Below are positions 1 to 11,363 of a DNA stretch of 20,000 bases, piece after piece (position 1 is the first letter of the stretch; every line of letters begins with the position of its first letter). The notes beneath the pieces were generated by a model. That model was not told the origin of the DNA and did no database searches. It saw nothing but the letters and a program-made list of their open reading frames with translations. This DNA is from Atractiella rhizophila (lineage: Eukaryota), in contig MU271180.1 of the NCBI GenBank assembly GCA_021432655.1, positions 205,565 through 225,564 on the forward strand, given 5' to 3'. Position numbers and translations under genes: made by a program.

Positions 1-1555
1 CACGCTGTATACGTTCTTGAGGAACGTGGCGCCGATCACCCAGGTGATGATTGACTTTCCAAAGTCGAGGGTGAAGAAGGAGCCGAGACAGCGCGTCTCG
101 TCGGATGATGTGTAGGGGCCGAGGTTGAAGTCGTCGGGGGTGATGTTGTATGTTCGAGAACCGAAGGTTAGGGACATGTGTACGGTCGTGTTGCAGGGGT
201 AGGAGTAGTAGCCTTCGAATTCGCCCGTTGCTGGCGCGCTCCCTATCCATCAATCCCATCTTAGTAAACATCCTCAAGCAGTACCAGTAACAAGTAGCAA
301 TAGCGGTATAGAAAGCGACCAACCTGGGATGAGACTATACAGCGCCTGAATAGCCGCTGCAGGTCCACCAACGAGTGTGGTCCCCGTATCAATAGCGACA
401 TTCGTGCTCTTCACCGCCGTCAAATTAGTCCCATTGATAGCCATCCTCTCCAGGGGTACGACCCAATAACTCTCCAAATTATCGGGTATATCCACCCAAT
501 CGATCGCTCCCTCATACAGCGTCGTATTTATCAATCCCATGCTGAAGTAGCCTCCGAACCCCGTCTCCTCGTACGGCGTCACGTTCAGCAGACGGGAGAA
601 GGTGAAGGAGAAGCCGGGGAAGGGAAGTGCGTCGCGGGCGGTGCGGGGGAGGGAGGCGAGAGACTGCCACCACGGTGTTTGGTCGGACGTCGCTAGTGAA
701 GACCAACCCATGCCTGCACATCCATCCACCACACATCAGTCAGTACACTTTGTCGAAACACAGAAAGGGTGGCAGAGAAAGACGAACCCATCAGTCCGCT
801 CACTTGGCCTTGAATCAGGTCCACTGATACGTTGTCGCACAGTGCAAAGCTCTGTTCTGATACGTTGTACCCTGCTAGCTTCACCACATCCGTGTATAGC
901 TCTCCGGTCGCGTTACCCAGACCATAACGAATGAAGAAGGGTGTGTTTGTGGCTGTGGAAGTGTTTGAGGAGGAAGGGAGGTACGAGGCGCCTTCTGTGC
1001 AAGCTGTGCAGTTGGGAGAGGTCACCCACAGGTCTGCGGATCCCGTATCGAGAACGACATTGAAGGTTTGCGGAGGAGTGCCAATCTCTAACGGTGCCTG
1101 TTGCAACCACTCATTCCTAAGCAACCCAAGACACCATGTAGGGATGAAGGGGGAGGACACACAAAGTACTCCAAGTCCGCTTTATAATTCGTCAACTCGA
1201 CCGTTCCCCTCGGGATCGGTTTCGACGTCGCAGTGCTCGACTGCGTCCTCGTCGTCCCCGTCCCAGTCCCAGTGCCCGTCCCCGTTCCCGTTCCAGTCCC
1301 TCCGCCGCCTCCATCACCAGAGGTGGGCGTGCCGTTCTGCTGCCTCTTCCTCACCCGCCTCTCTTGGTTCTCCCTGCTGTATTTGCTCTGTAGTCGTGCC
1401 CTATTCCCCGCGGCCCAACGTCCGATTTCAGGTCGAGATTGCCGTTTGGCGGCTGGAGGGAGCAGGGCTGGGTGTCGGACGGTTGGGTAGGATTGGGAGT
1501 GGGACGGTGCGGTGAGGGAGAGGAGGAGGAGGAGGAAGAGTTCGAGCGAGACCAT
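1..1555 (-). CDS. Secreted pepsin-like (A1 family) aspartic protease, multi-exon, 3' end runs off the window
   Basis: Signal peptide MVSLELFLLLLLSLTAPSHS, then a propeptide with basic RRVRKR. Spliced mature start DLEYF|APLEIGTPPQTFNVVL-DTGS-ADLWV (DTGS at 1038-1049), flap IRYGLG, and second catalytic motif VAI-DTGT-TL (379-390). C-terminal ...WVIGATFLKNVYS at the window edge. GT-AG introns near 1162-1099, 790-720 and 322-246 (approximate). Confidence 0.95.
1254..1301. repeat. 8 x 6-bp imperfect tandem repeat encoding (Gly-Thr)8 in the protease propeptide
   Basis: Units gtcccc gtccca gtccca gtgccc gtcccc gttccc gttcca gtccct. The minus strand reads GGGGG-TGTGTGTGTGTGTGT. Confidence 0.9.
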
Positions 1556-3909
1556 CGATTGTGTACGTCTTCTGAAATTTTGGTGGATGTTCGTGGATGA
1601 AGTTGCGGGTGGAGGATTGAGGGAGAGATAAGGAAAAGGATGAAAGGAGAGGGTAAAAGAGAGGAATTAAGCTGAGGGAAGAATGAACCAAGACCCAAGG
1701 TTGTGCCAATCGAACCAAGCAACCGCGCTCACGTTTTGTGTTGTACCCCGCCAAACCAACAAGACAAGTGGTGCCAATCCCCAAGCTGGCTGTATCCCTG
1801 GTCCAAAGTAGAGTAATGCCTGATCACCGAAGGACAGCTGATCCCAGATGGAGCGAATGGCAGGAAGGGGAGACGTCGTCGTTCGTTTTTAGCTTTATAG
1901 TGTTGTTGGTGTGCCGAACTCCCGCTGTTGGTTGCTTTGCCGCGTCCTGATAACGTTCAATATTTCACTGGCTTGCAGCTCCGTCACGCCTTTTTATTCT
2001 GCCTGCCAAACTGCTTTGGTCTGGTTCAAGGACTCGGTGGGTTGGGTCTATGTTACTGTTACCTCCGTTACTTCAGCTTCTGAAGGGATGAGGTCGACGT
2101 GTTGAAAAACATTAGAGGGAGATGAGTCTTTTCCCTGTTTCTTTCACGTTCTCAACAGTACATTGCCGGCTCATACTCACCATGAGTTTGATCATCAAGC
2201 GCCATGGAGGTAGAGGTTGATCACTCGCGTCGTACCACGAGCCGCCGTTTGGGGACCGTGACGACGCAACAGCTTGAATTCATCACTCACAATCAAGCTT
2301 TGAACGAGTCCCGAGTCGCAGTTGCGAAGCGCCTTATGTCAATATATTCGCTTACTGTGCCACAATGAACGACGTTGATACAGGACGCTCGGGACTGATT
2401 GGACGTCGTGGACTTATTTGTCAGACTGTCAAGTTCAACTTGACGGGGAAAGCCGACTTTCCCTCACTCGTGTGTTGTGTTGTGTGCCGCAAGCTGGCCA
2501 AGAGCTGTCATTTGGGCAAGCAGAAGTAATTGCATAATCTCACATCCGCCTTGTTCTTGCAACTCTACCTAGGCCGTCTTCTCCTCCACATCTGGCTGTT
2601 GACCCATCAATGCATCACTGCTGAGCGAGACGGCTCCTTCGCGGGCTGCGAATACTGTCACGGTCGATAAGGGTCGGTCGGACCAGTAATCATTGTAACA
2701 ATATCGAACGTCCGGTCTGAAGAAAATGTTTGAATGCCAGCGACTCCCGACGATTGTTTTCGGCCAGCCATTACGCGTGTCCCCTCCACAACGAGCGACT
2801 CGAGACCTTGGCTTGAGCTGATGTAGCACAGCACGTCTACGGAGGAAGAGGAAGGGAGGAAGGTCGAATCATAATCGCTATCTCTCCAGCTTTCACTGCT
2901 CCGAGTCCCCATGCTTAACTCAACCGCTTTTCGTACCACGACACAACGTGCTGCAGTGGTATTTACATCTCCTCCCGCCAATGCCACTTGAAGTGTGATA
3001 CCTTACCATGCCCCAGACTTCCTAAGCAGCCTCTATCCGGTGATCGTTCGCTTATGATAATAAAGAGAAAGGAGCACTTTCTAGGCTTGAAAGAGTTTGT
3101 GGCACTGGGACGCGGCGTGAAAACTTCAGTTGCATTTCTTGCCCCTGCCAGCATCAAATCTCCTCCATGATTGAGCGTTACTAGCAGCATTGGAGGATAT
3201 GCATGTTTGCGGAGTGGACGGCAAGGTGCAATGAACCAGTGCTTGAAATAACAAGCAAGGACCTGTCAGCTAGGTAAAAGGTATACAATCGACGCAGAAT
3301 TTGTATTATTATACAAGTGGAATCGAGGTAGGAGATGAGGGCGTCACACTGGCATGTAGAAAACTTGAAGAAAGAAAAGAAACGAAGAGGGAACGAGAAA
3401 ATTAGAGGTGATCGCCTCAGCTCATTACGTCACTCCAGCTCCCATTACACTTAAAAGCCTGTCCATCCCTCCCTCTCTGCTGCGACTGACCCATACTCAA
3501 GAAAAAGGATATCATCATTCCTGTAACCTGATCGGAACAGCAAATCGAAGGAAAAGACTGCAAGTTGCCTATTCTGGAAAACGGAACAAGAGTCTTGTTT
3601 GATTGACCTTGACAGGCATTGTTCGGATCTCGATCCCGCGCGTCCGCCGACGCTTCATTCATTCATTCGTTCCAGTCGCTCCAGCGCTCGCCTGCCCAAG
3701 GTCAACTGGGCCATACTAGGCACCTCAAAAAATTTTCACCAACCAACTCAGCCGACATTCCTGTCGATATATAACGCAGAGCGCTTAGTATACTGCAGTA
3801 GAGTAGAGGAGGGATAGACGGACGCAGCCCTACAAACAAGTTTACAAATTACATTTACAGGTGGCGGTACGACTCGAAGTGCTAGAGTAATAGAAAAGAG
3901 AACTTGAGG

Positions 3910-6900
3910 ATGTCCCTCGTCGACAAGATGCACGACTCGAAGGCTGCAGCTCTGTGGCTCGCAGGCACGACCGCCGTCGTCCTCACTGGCGGAGTCTTGG
4001 CTGCTCACGCTCACGCTTCTGGGTCGCAGACGAATTCGGAAAAGCAGAAGCGGAGGAGGGAGCCAGAGAGGGTGGCGGTAGTTGGGGAGGAGGTGAAGAA
4101 GGATGGGGAAGGAGAGGTCAATGTGAAAGCGGTGGAGTCAGACGCTCTGGTCGCTGATACTACTGGAGGAGCTGTGGACAACGGAGAAGAGGCGGAGGCG
4201 GCGGAAGGACAAGAGAAGGAGAAAGAGTTCTGGAAGAGGATCAATCAGGTTTGGTACGTCCACCTCATTCAACGCCTGCCTTCAAGGTTCTGACATGTGA
4301 TTCCTGTACTCAGGTCTAACAACTCGTGGGAAGAGAGCGCCGCTTCCAAAACTAAAAACCAAAAACCAGCAGTCGATGCTGACATGAGCTTCACCGTCAC
4401 CGTTCGGGAGCCAAAGGATGCCTCTTCCGGTACGACTGACCTCCCACCTCTGACCGTATGCCGACGTTGACGTTCGTTGCATGAGTAGATCCAGACCCGA
4501 CCGTTTCAGTGACGCTCCACTGCAAATGTCTCATCTCTCGCCTCAAGTGCGTCTCTGCCCTCTCCCCTTCTTCGTAGACTGAGACTGCAACTGACGCCGA
4601 GCGGGGAAATAACAGGGACATGTTCTCCTCCCTCGAAGAGTTCCGGTCAGACACACCGACCATAGACGGCAAGATCCTCTTCGTCGCTCTCGCCGCCCTC
4701 CAACGCATGTCAGTCCTCACCCCTTCATCCAAATTCCACCCTGCATTTGACATTTGACAGCTGACAAAGCTGACCATCGCCCACTTACAGCCTCGACGAA
4801 GATACGAACGAACTCAATCTCCATCCCTCCCTCGCGCTCCAAAAGAGCCTGTCGAGCGAATCCCAGCCTTGTCACAAGTGTGGCACATCCAGTGCGTCTC
4901 CTCTCCTCTCCCCATCCTCCCTGACACATAAGGAGAGGAAAACTGAGGCAATCTTTTCGTCAGCTCCAGCGCTTGAAACCGCAGCCGCGACTGAGACCGC
5001 GGAAGAGAAATCGGAAGAGGTGGATGGAATGAAGAGGAGGCGGCTGGAGCTGAGGGTCTTGCATCTTTCCGCTCTCATCAAGTGCATACGAGAAGAATTC
5101 GCTTCTGTGTTCGTCTTCCCCTCTGTGCTTTCGAGTCAGGTGGGTGAGGCTGACGGATGGTCGGGCGGGAAAAAAAAAAAAAAAAGCAGAAGCGGAGGAG
5201 GGAGCCAGAGAGGGTGGCGGTAGTTGGGGAGGAGGTGAAGAAGGATGGGGAAGGAGAGGTCAATGTGAAGGCAGTGGAGTCAGACGCTCTGGTGGCTGAT
5301 ACCACTGGAGGAGCTGTGGACAACGGAGAGGAGGCAGAGGCAGCCGAGGGACAAGAGAAGGAGAAAGAGTTCTGGAAGAGGATCAATCAGGTTTGGTACG
5401 TCCACCTCATTCAACGCCTGCCTTCAAGGTTCTGACATGTGATTACTGTACTCAGGTCCAACAATTCCTGGGAAGAGAGCGCCTCTTCCAAAACTAAAAA
5501 CCAAAAACCAGCAGTCGATGCTGACATGAGCTTCACCGTCACGGTTCGGGAGCCAAAGGATGCCTCCTCCGGTACGACTACCCTCCCACCTCTGACTGTA
5601 TGCCGACGTTGAGGTTCGTTGCATGAGTAGATCCAGACCCAACCGTTTCAGTGACGCTCCACTGCAAATGTCTCATCTCTCGCCTCAAGTGCGTCTTCAC
5701 CCTCTCCCCTTCTTCTTAGGCTGAGACTGCAATTAACACCGAGCGGGGAAATAACAGGGACATGTTCTCCTCCCTCGAAGAGTTCCGGTCAGACACGCCG
5801 ACCATAGACGGCAAGATCCTCTTCGTCGCTCTCGCCGCCCTCCAACGCATGTCAGTCCCCACCACTCCATCCCAATTCCACCCTGCATTTGACATTTGAC
5901 AGCTGACAAAGCTGACCATGGCGCACTTACAGCCTCGACGAAGATACGAACGAACTCAATCTCCATCCTTCCCTCGCGCTCCAAAAGAGCCTGTCGAGCG
6001 AATCCCAGCCTTGCCACAAGTGTGGCACATCCAGTGCGTCTTCTCTCCTCTCCCCATCCTCCCTGACACATAAGGAGAGGAAAACTGAGGCAATCTCTTC
6101 GTCAGCTCCAGCGCTTGAAACCGCAGCCGCGACTGAGACCGCGGAGGACAAATCGGAAGAGGTGGACGGAATGAAGAGGAGACGGTTGGAGCTGAGGGTC
6201 TTGCATCTTTCCGCTCTCATCAAGTGCATACGAGAAGAATTCGCTTCTGTGTTCGTCTTCCCCTCTGTGCTTTCGAGTCAGGTGGGTGAGGCTGACGGAT
6301 GGTCGGGCGGGACAGGACTAAGAAGCTCGAGAGACTGGACGTGGATAATGGCATTCCGTTCAAGTTGCTATGGACCTTGTTCCCCCTTGGAGAGTTGGTG
6401 GGAACCAGGGATCCCGCCAGTGAGGAGAAGGTTCGCATTCTCATCCCGTCTCCCTCCCCCGTGCAATTATCTTCGGAGGAGGAGAGCTGATGAGAGGAGT
6501 TTGTAGATGTCGTTCATCGTCAAGAAGGCTTACTACAATGGCACCGAGTACGTTCTCTCCCTACAAGCCCAGAGATGCTCATACTCATCATGATGGGTGG
6601 ACAGAAACTTTGTCGTTTCTGGCACCCGTATCGAATGGGTCGGAACGACGTTCGTCAAGACGCTCGTGGAACGTCAGATTGCCTCTTACAAGGTACCGGT
6701 CCCTCAATCCTTCCACGGCAGCACTGATTTCTGTTACGTGTTGTGTTATGATGCATACAGGACTTGAAGCGAGTCCGGACCCTCAACGTCTATCCCTTGC
6801 AGCCGGCGTTGCGCGAGAAGTTGTTGGAAAGAGGCAGGAAGTATCTCCAGGTCCGTCTCCATGTTTACTCCCTCCTATGCGATTTCCAGCTCAATGTTGC

Positions 6901-8879
6901 TGTTGTGGCCCTGTAGTTCTGCCAGCCGACCCATATCGAGTATGAAGGTCCACTGGTGAGAGTGGGCACAAATGGCGCTTACAAAGTCATGGTCACTGGA
7001 CGTGGTATGTTGGATATCAAAACCTTGAGAGCGACGAGGCCAAACGAGGTACGCAACGACTTTGTCATCCGACCACTCATCTGCCTTCTTCGTACTGACA
7101 GGGCTGTTTATTAGGATTATTGGAATTTGGTCGAGTTTGACTCGGAAGGAGAGAGCGCGAGCTTCTTTCAGGACACCAGCTCCATGTTCGATAGTTTGGA
7201 GGAAGCGGAGAGGGAGAAGGAAATCATCACCCTTCCCCCGTGGCATTATGGTTACTGTTTTTACCTTTCCGTATGCTTTCTTCTCCTGCACCAGTGGTCG
7301 AAGAGTAATAATGAATGCCGAATGTGTGCCGTAAAGTGTTGGGGAAGGTTCTTGATTGACTTCATACAGCTGGTCGTTTATGATAAGACCCTGATAGATG
7401 ATCTTTTGATGGATGAAGACAGCAAGGTTTGCCGCATCTGCTCTCCTTTCCGCCTATTTTGTCTATGTTTGACACATCGATCTACAGCGCGTTCTCATGA
7501 ATGTGACGCGGGCGAGCACACAAGGCGTGGACCTCAAGTTCGGCTTCGAAGGCGTGCGAGTCTTGCTACACGGGGTACGTCCATACTCCTATATCATGAT
7601 ACATCCCTGAGGTTTTCTATGTGTTCGATGTAGCCATCAGGCAGCGGAAAGACTTTCAGCGCGCTCGCTATTGCGGAACATCTCGAACGTCCCCTGCAGA
7701 GGATCCCCTTGACTGAGATGGCCGCGAACGCATCGAATCAGGAGGCTCTCGTCGAGGTCTGCCATTTAACTTATCAATTTGTTTGGCGTTGACTGACCCG
7801 CTTCAATAGGGCGTGGTCGAGCTCGCATCCGTTTGGAATTCGGTCATCTTGCTTGAAGGCGCAGACACGTATTTCGAAGCACGGAGTGAGAGAGATACCT
7901 ATCGTAATACGGCAGTCGCTGTTCTACTTGACTTGTTGGATGCGTTCAAGGGTGTTTTGGTCCGTCTCACATATTGATCCTGCTGAAAGCGATAGTGATG
8001 TACAGAGCAGTTTATGACGTCCACGAGGCTGAGAAAGTAAGTGATCTCCTCCCCTCCGGCGAGACCTGAATGCTAACTGCAATCAGCTACGACGAAGCGC
8101 TCATCAGTCGTGTTTCGCTGGCTGTCAAATACCCCGCTCTCAATCGCTCCAAACGAGAAACGATCCTTCGATCCGTACGAGCCTTACCTTAACTCTCACT
8201 CCTTCCTAACAGTAGTGTTTCAGTTGTTACATAAAGCTGGAGCAAAGGTGCAAGAAGCCGAAGTCATCCTGCCGAAATCGCTTGCTCGCCTCAAGCCTCA
8301 CATGATCCAAAGAACTCTAAGCGAGAATCAGGTGACGACTTTACCCGACGGGCACCTCATACCTCCTCTTCATCTCCGTAGACAAGGCCACCATGGGGAA
8401 GCCACGACGCATAGTCTTCCTGGTTCGCCGCCGAAGGAGAAAGCGAGGTTGTTGTCAGAATCGATCACCTTCCAGGATATCAAGTCTTGGGCATCGAAGC
8501 CAATCAATGGTCGAATGATAAACGAGATAGTTAGAACAGCTAAATTGCTCGCGACTGCCGAAGGACAAAGTCTGCGATCGACTCATGTCGAAACGGTCCT
8601 CAATCTCAGTGAGCCTTCTCTTTCAACTTGCGAACAAATAGAAGTTGATGTAAACGCAGCTCTAGGATTCCATGACGATTATAGTGCGGTTGACGAAGAA
8701 GGGTTTGTCTCAGTCTACTTCGTTGACAGATTCTTTACTAAAATCTGATTTTCAGGTCATACATTGATGAACGAAACGAAAGATGGAACTCGAAGGTGAG
8801 TTTCCTTAGCCGCTCTCATTTCCGGACTAAAGACAAATAATTGATTGTTTTGGTAATCCAGTTGCCACTATACAGTTGA
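3910..8879 (+). CDS. Fungal AAA+ ATPase-like protein (long N-terminal region plus single AAA module), many introns, interrupted by an internal tandem duplication as assembled
   Basis: ATG at 3910. Family-type motif GIPFKLLWTLFPLGELV near 6350-6400. Walker A LLHG|PSGSGKT is split by intron 7575-7633. Walker-B region WNSVILLEGADTYFEARS, then RNTAVAVLLDLLDAFKGVL|FMTSTR, DEALISRVSLAVKYPAL and INGRMINEIVRTAKLLA. Inferred last exons GSYIDERNERWNSK|LPLYS* with TGA at 8877-8879. Some internal exon borders are unresolved. Confidence 0.85.
4040..5170 (+). repeat. Tandem direct duplication, copy 1 (about 1131 bp)
   Basis: Aligns to 5182-6312 with the same offset of 1142 at both ends and scattered substitutions. 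It includes introns. Confidence 0.97.
5170..5185 (+). repeat. A16 homopolymer at the duplication junction
   Basis: tcgggcggg-A16-gcagaagcgg joins the end of copy 1 (inside an intron) to the start of copy 2 (inside exon 1). Confidence 0.95.
5182..6312 (+). repeat. Tandem direct duplication, copy 2
   Basis: Same exon/intron series as 4040-5170. Only this copy continues into the downstream exons (...gggacag|gactaagaag). Confidence 0.97.
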
Positions 8880-9813
8880 ACGGGTTGACCTGAGAATCAG
8901 TTTTCACTTTTTTTGGCTTTACTCCTTTACCGTATCATCTTATCTTAGACTGGACTACAAACCTAGCTCTTTAGAGCTGCTTCTCCCTTTAGTCGTTTAT
9001 ATCCTGCTCTAATTCAAGTGGTTTCATTGTCGGTTTCCGTGCTACTAGTCTGTTGCTTCATTCCACTAATTAGCTGCCCATACGTGACCTTTATCTTACA
9101 TTATACGTACTACTTCGTGTCCATAAGCCCATTTTGTACATAGACATCGTCTCGCATTTGCACTGGGAACTATATCTACATCATCTTCATATTCCCATAT
9201 CGCGGTTGCATAACCTAAGGCTCAAGACAGAAGTCACCTTCTCCTGCTGTCACTTAAGCCTTGAGCACTGCTCTCTACCTTGCTCTACAGCACCTCTCAC
9301 CATGTTACACCGTACGTTAGTAGTGATGGAGGAAGGACAATGTAGAATGGGATGATCCTAATTTTCCGAGGGAGACCATACATGATTGAGACTGGAACCT
9401 GAACAACTGAGCGGATGCTACGATGTTGTAATGTCAAAGGCATGTTTAATCAACAAAGGGAGCTGTTGCTGTTAGCTCCCAACCAAACGCACGCACCTCT
9501 CTGGGGTAGTCTGAGGATCCGAGGATTGTTAAGTAACTATGGCTTTGCACGTTACGATGCAAAGTAGGATTTCCAAAGGTAAGAGAAAGCTAGATCCGTT
9601 TGTTCGAGGTCATGAAGCAGGTTTATCGCTCATAGTGATAAAGAGGTCGACGTATGGATATGGTCACACATGGGCCCCAGGTTGACGAATGTCTGAATTA
9701 AGCAACGGACGGCCAGGAGCTCAAGATGCAGTGTATGATAAAAAGCTTCAATTTCAGCCTCTCGAGCTCGATGAGGTCGAGGAGTCTCACAATGACTGTA
9801 AAGAAAGAGTGAC

Positions 9814-11004
9814 TTAGTTGCGGAAGTCGATCCCCTTCACACTCCTTTCGCTGCCCCTTGATCTCTCTGGGTAGTGAATGCCAGTCGTGTTCACGCAGTT
9901 TGTTTTAAAGGTGGTCTCGACTGGTTTGAAGTTGCCAAATTGTTCGGTGCCATAAACGTGCATGTAGTACCACACCTCGCTCAGGACAGTTCCATTTTGA
10001 GTGCAGCCAACGTGAGGGACAGCGCCGGTTTGGGACTTGAGAGCGTTGATGATGCTTCCTATGGGGTAGGTGGTCTTGTTGGACGGAACGATCCCGGCAG
10101 CAGCGAGAAGGTCGAAGGTGGGGAATTGCTGGAAGGCTCGAATGGTAGCATCGAAGGCATCGACAACCTCAGCATGCTTCTTATATGTGGGACCGTAGCA
10201 TTCGAGATCGAAGGTGGATGTGCAAGTGAAGTGCTTCGAGAACTCATGTGCCCAAAATGCGTCGTTAGGAGCTCCTTGGTTCACCCAGAAGGCGTTCACT
10301 ACATCATTTCTCAGACGGCGCGAAGGATATTGAGAGATGACATGCTGTATTCGAGTAATCCGGGTCTGTTAAACCTAGACACCATTGAGGTGATGCTCTC
10401 TCCCGTCCATGGTTTTACGACAACCACCTCTCCGTTCCTTGTGAAGTTCCTACAATCAATAAACCGTATTAGCAAAACCCAAAAGAGGAGAAGCAGTAAT
10501 AAAGACATACGCAGGGTCCGGCTTCGGGTCATATTGCCTGTCCAAATCGCAGTACTGGTCGAAGGAGCCTGTTGCAGCGTTCAATTTCTGGGATCAAGCG
10601 AATCTACTAGCACGCACCATCACAATTGTCCGGCCCTTTTATACTTATCAGTATGAAGTCCTGCCAATGGAAGGAAGAGCGCACATAAACCGTGAATCGT
10701 CCATGAACCCTCAGGCAAAAGCTGCCCCTTCTTCTCAAGGCCGGTATATGTGCTCCAGAACTACCCGAAATTTCAGCAAGAGGGTTAGGTAAAGGATCTT
10801 ACCGCCTACCTGGGTCTGTAAAACAAGTCCGCCTGGAGTAGGCGAGCAGCAAGTGTTCGTAATGGCAGTGGTATTCTCACAAGAGTAGAAAGAGTCGATC
10901 GCTGCGCAGGCGGTGATATTAGGGAAGGTAGAAATCTTCTGCCCATAACCAGGAAGGAGGGTGGCTGAAGCCGCGAGCGGGAGGACAGCGAGAAAGAGGG
11001 ACAT
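9814..11004 (-). CDS. Secreted ribonuclease T2 family protein, multi-exon
   Basis: Signal peptide MSLFLAVLPLAASA, then SCENTTAITNTCCSPTPGGLVLQTQ. CAS I SWTIHGL|WPDNCDG is spliced, with an 18-nt exon at 10618-10635. CAS II is FWAHEFSKHFTC (10257-10222), followed by LSEVWYY and stop TAA at 9814-9816. Confidence 0.95.
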
Positions 11005-11363
11005 GATGGCAACTGGGTGGAAAGTTGAATGAGGCACCAATGCGAAAAAGTCTTTGGGCTTTATAGAATCGCGGGTGAGCTCTTAGCACGTTCGATAAGC
11101 TGCCACGCGTCGACGGAATTAGCGTCCAGACAGTCAGGGATTGCAAACTTATGTGCGGCCGTTTCAAGCGCGATGAGCAGCTTCTTGATTCACTCAATGA
11201 AGTTCGGTCAGGGTCAGGCATTGCCACGAAATGGTTCTTCATTCCACAGAGATCAAGAAACGTGTACAATATTGAGAGAGGAACTGAGTCGTAAGGAAGA
11301 CCATTGAGAGGTGAATGTATCCAGGCGCAAGGAAATATTGAGCAAAACAAACACAGATCAAGG

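Noticed and set aside
2107..2205. Possible tiny spliced minus-strand ORF (GTGAGT at 2180 to ACAG at 2135)
   Set aside because: It would encode only 15 aa, and there is no clear branch-point motif.
2569..3190. Overlapping short minus-strand ORFs (86, 109 and 75 aa) as a possible gene remnant
   Set aside because: No recognisable domain or consistent splice structure. A BLASTX search would be needed to revive it.
5170..5185. Poly-A tail of a retroelement or retrocopy
   Set aside because: The flanking duplicated DNA keeps its introns, and no target-site duplication or RT sequence is seen.
9874..10656. 260-aa plus-strand ORF
   Set aside because: Antisense shadow of RNase T2.
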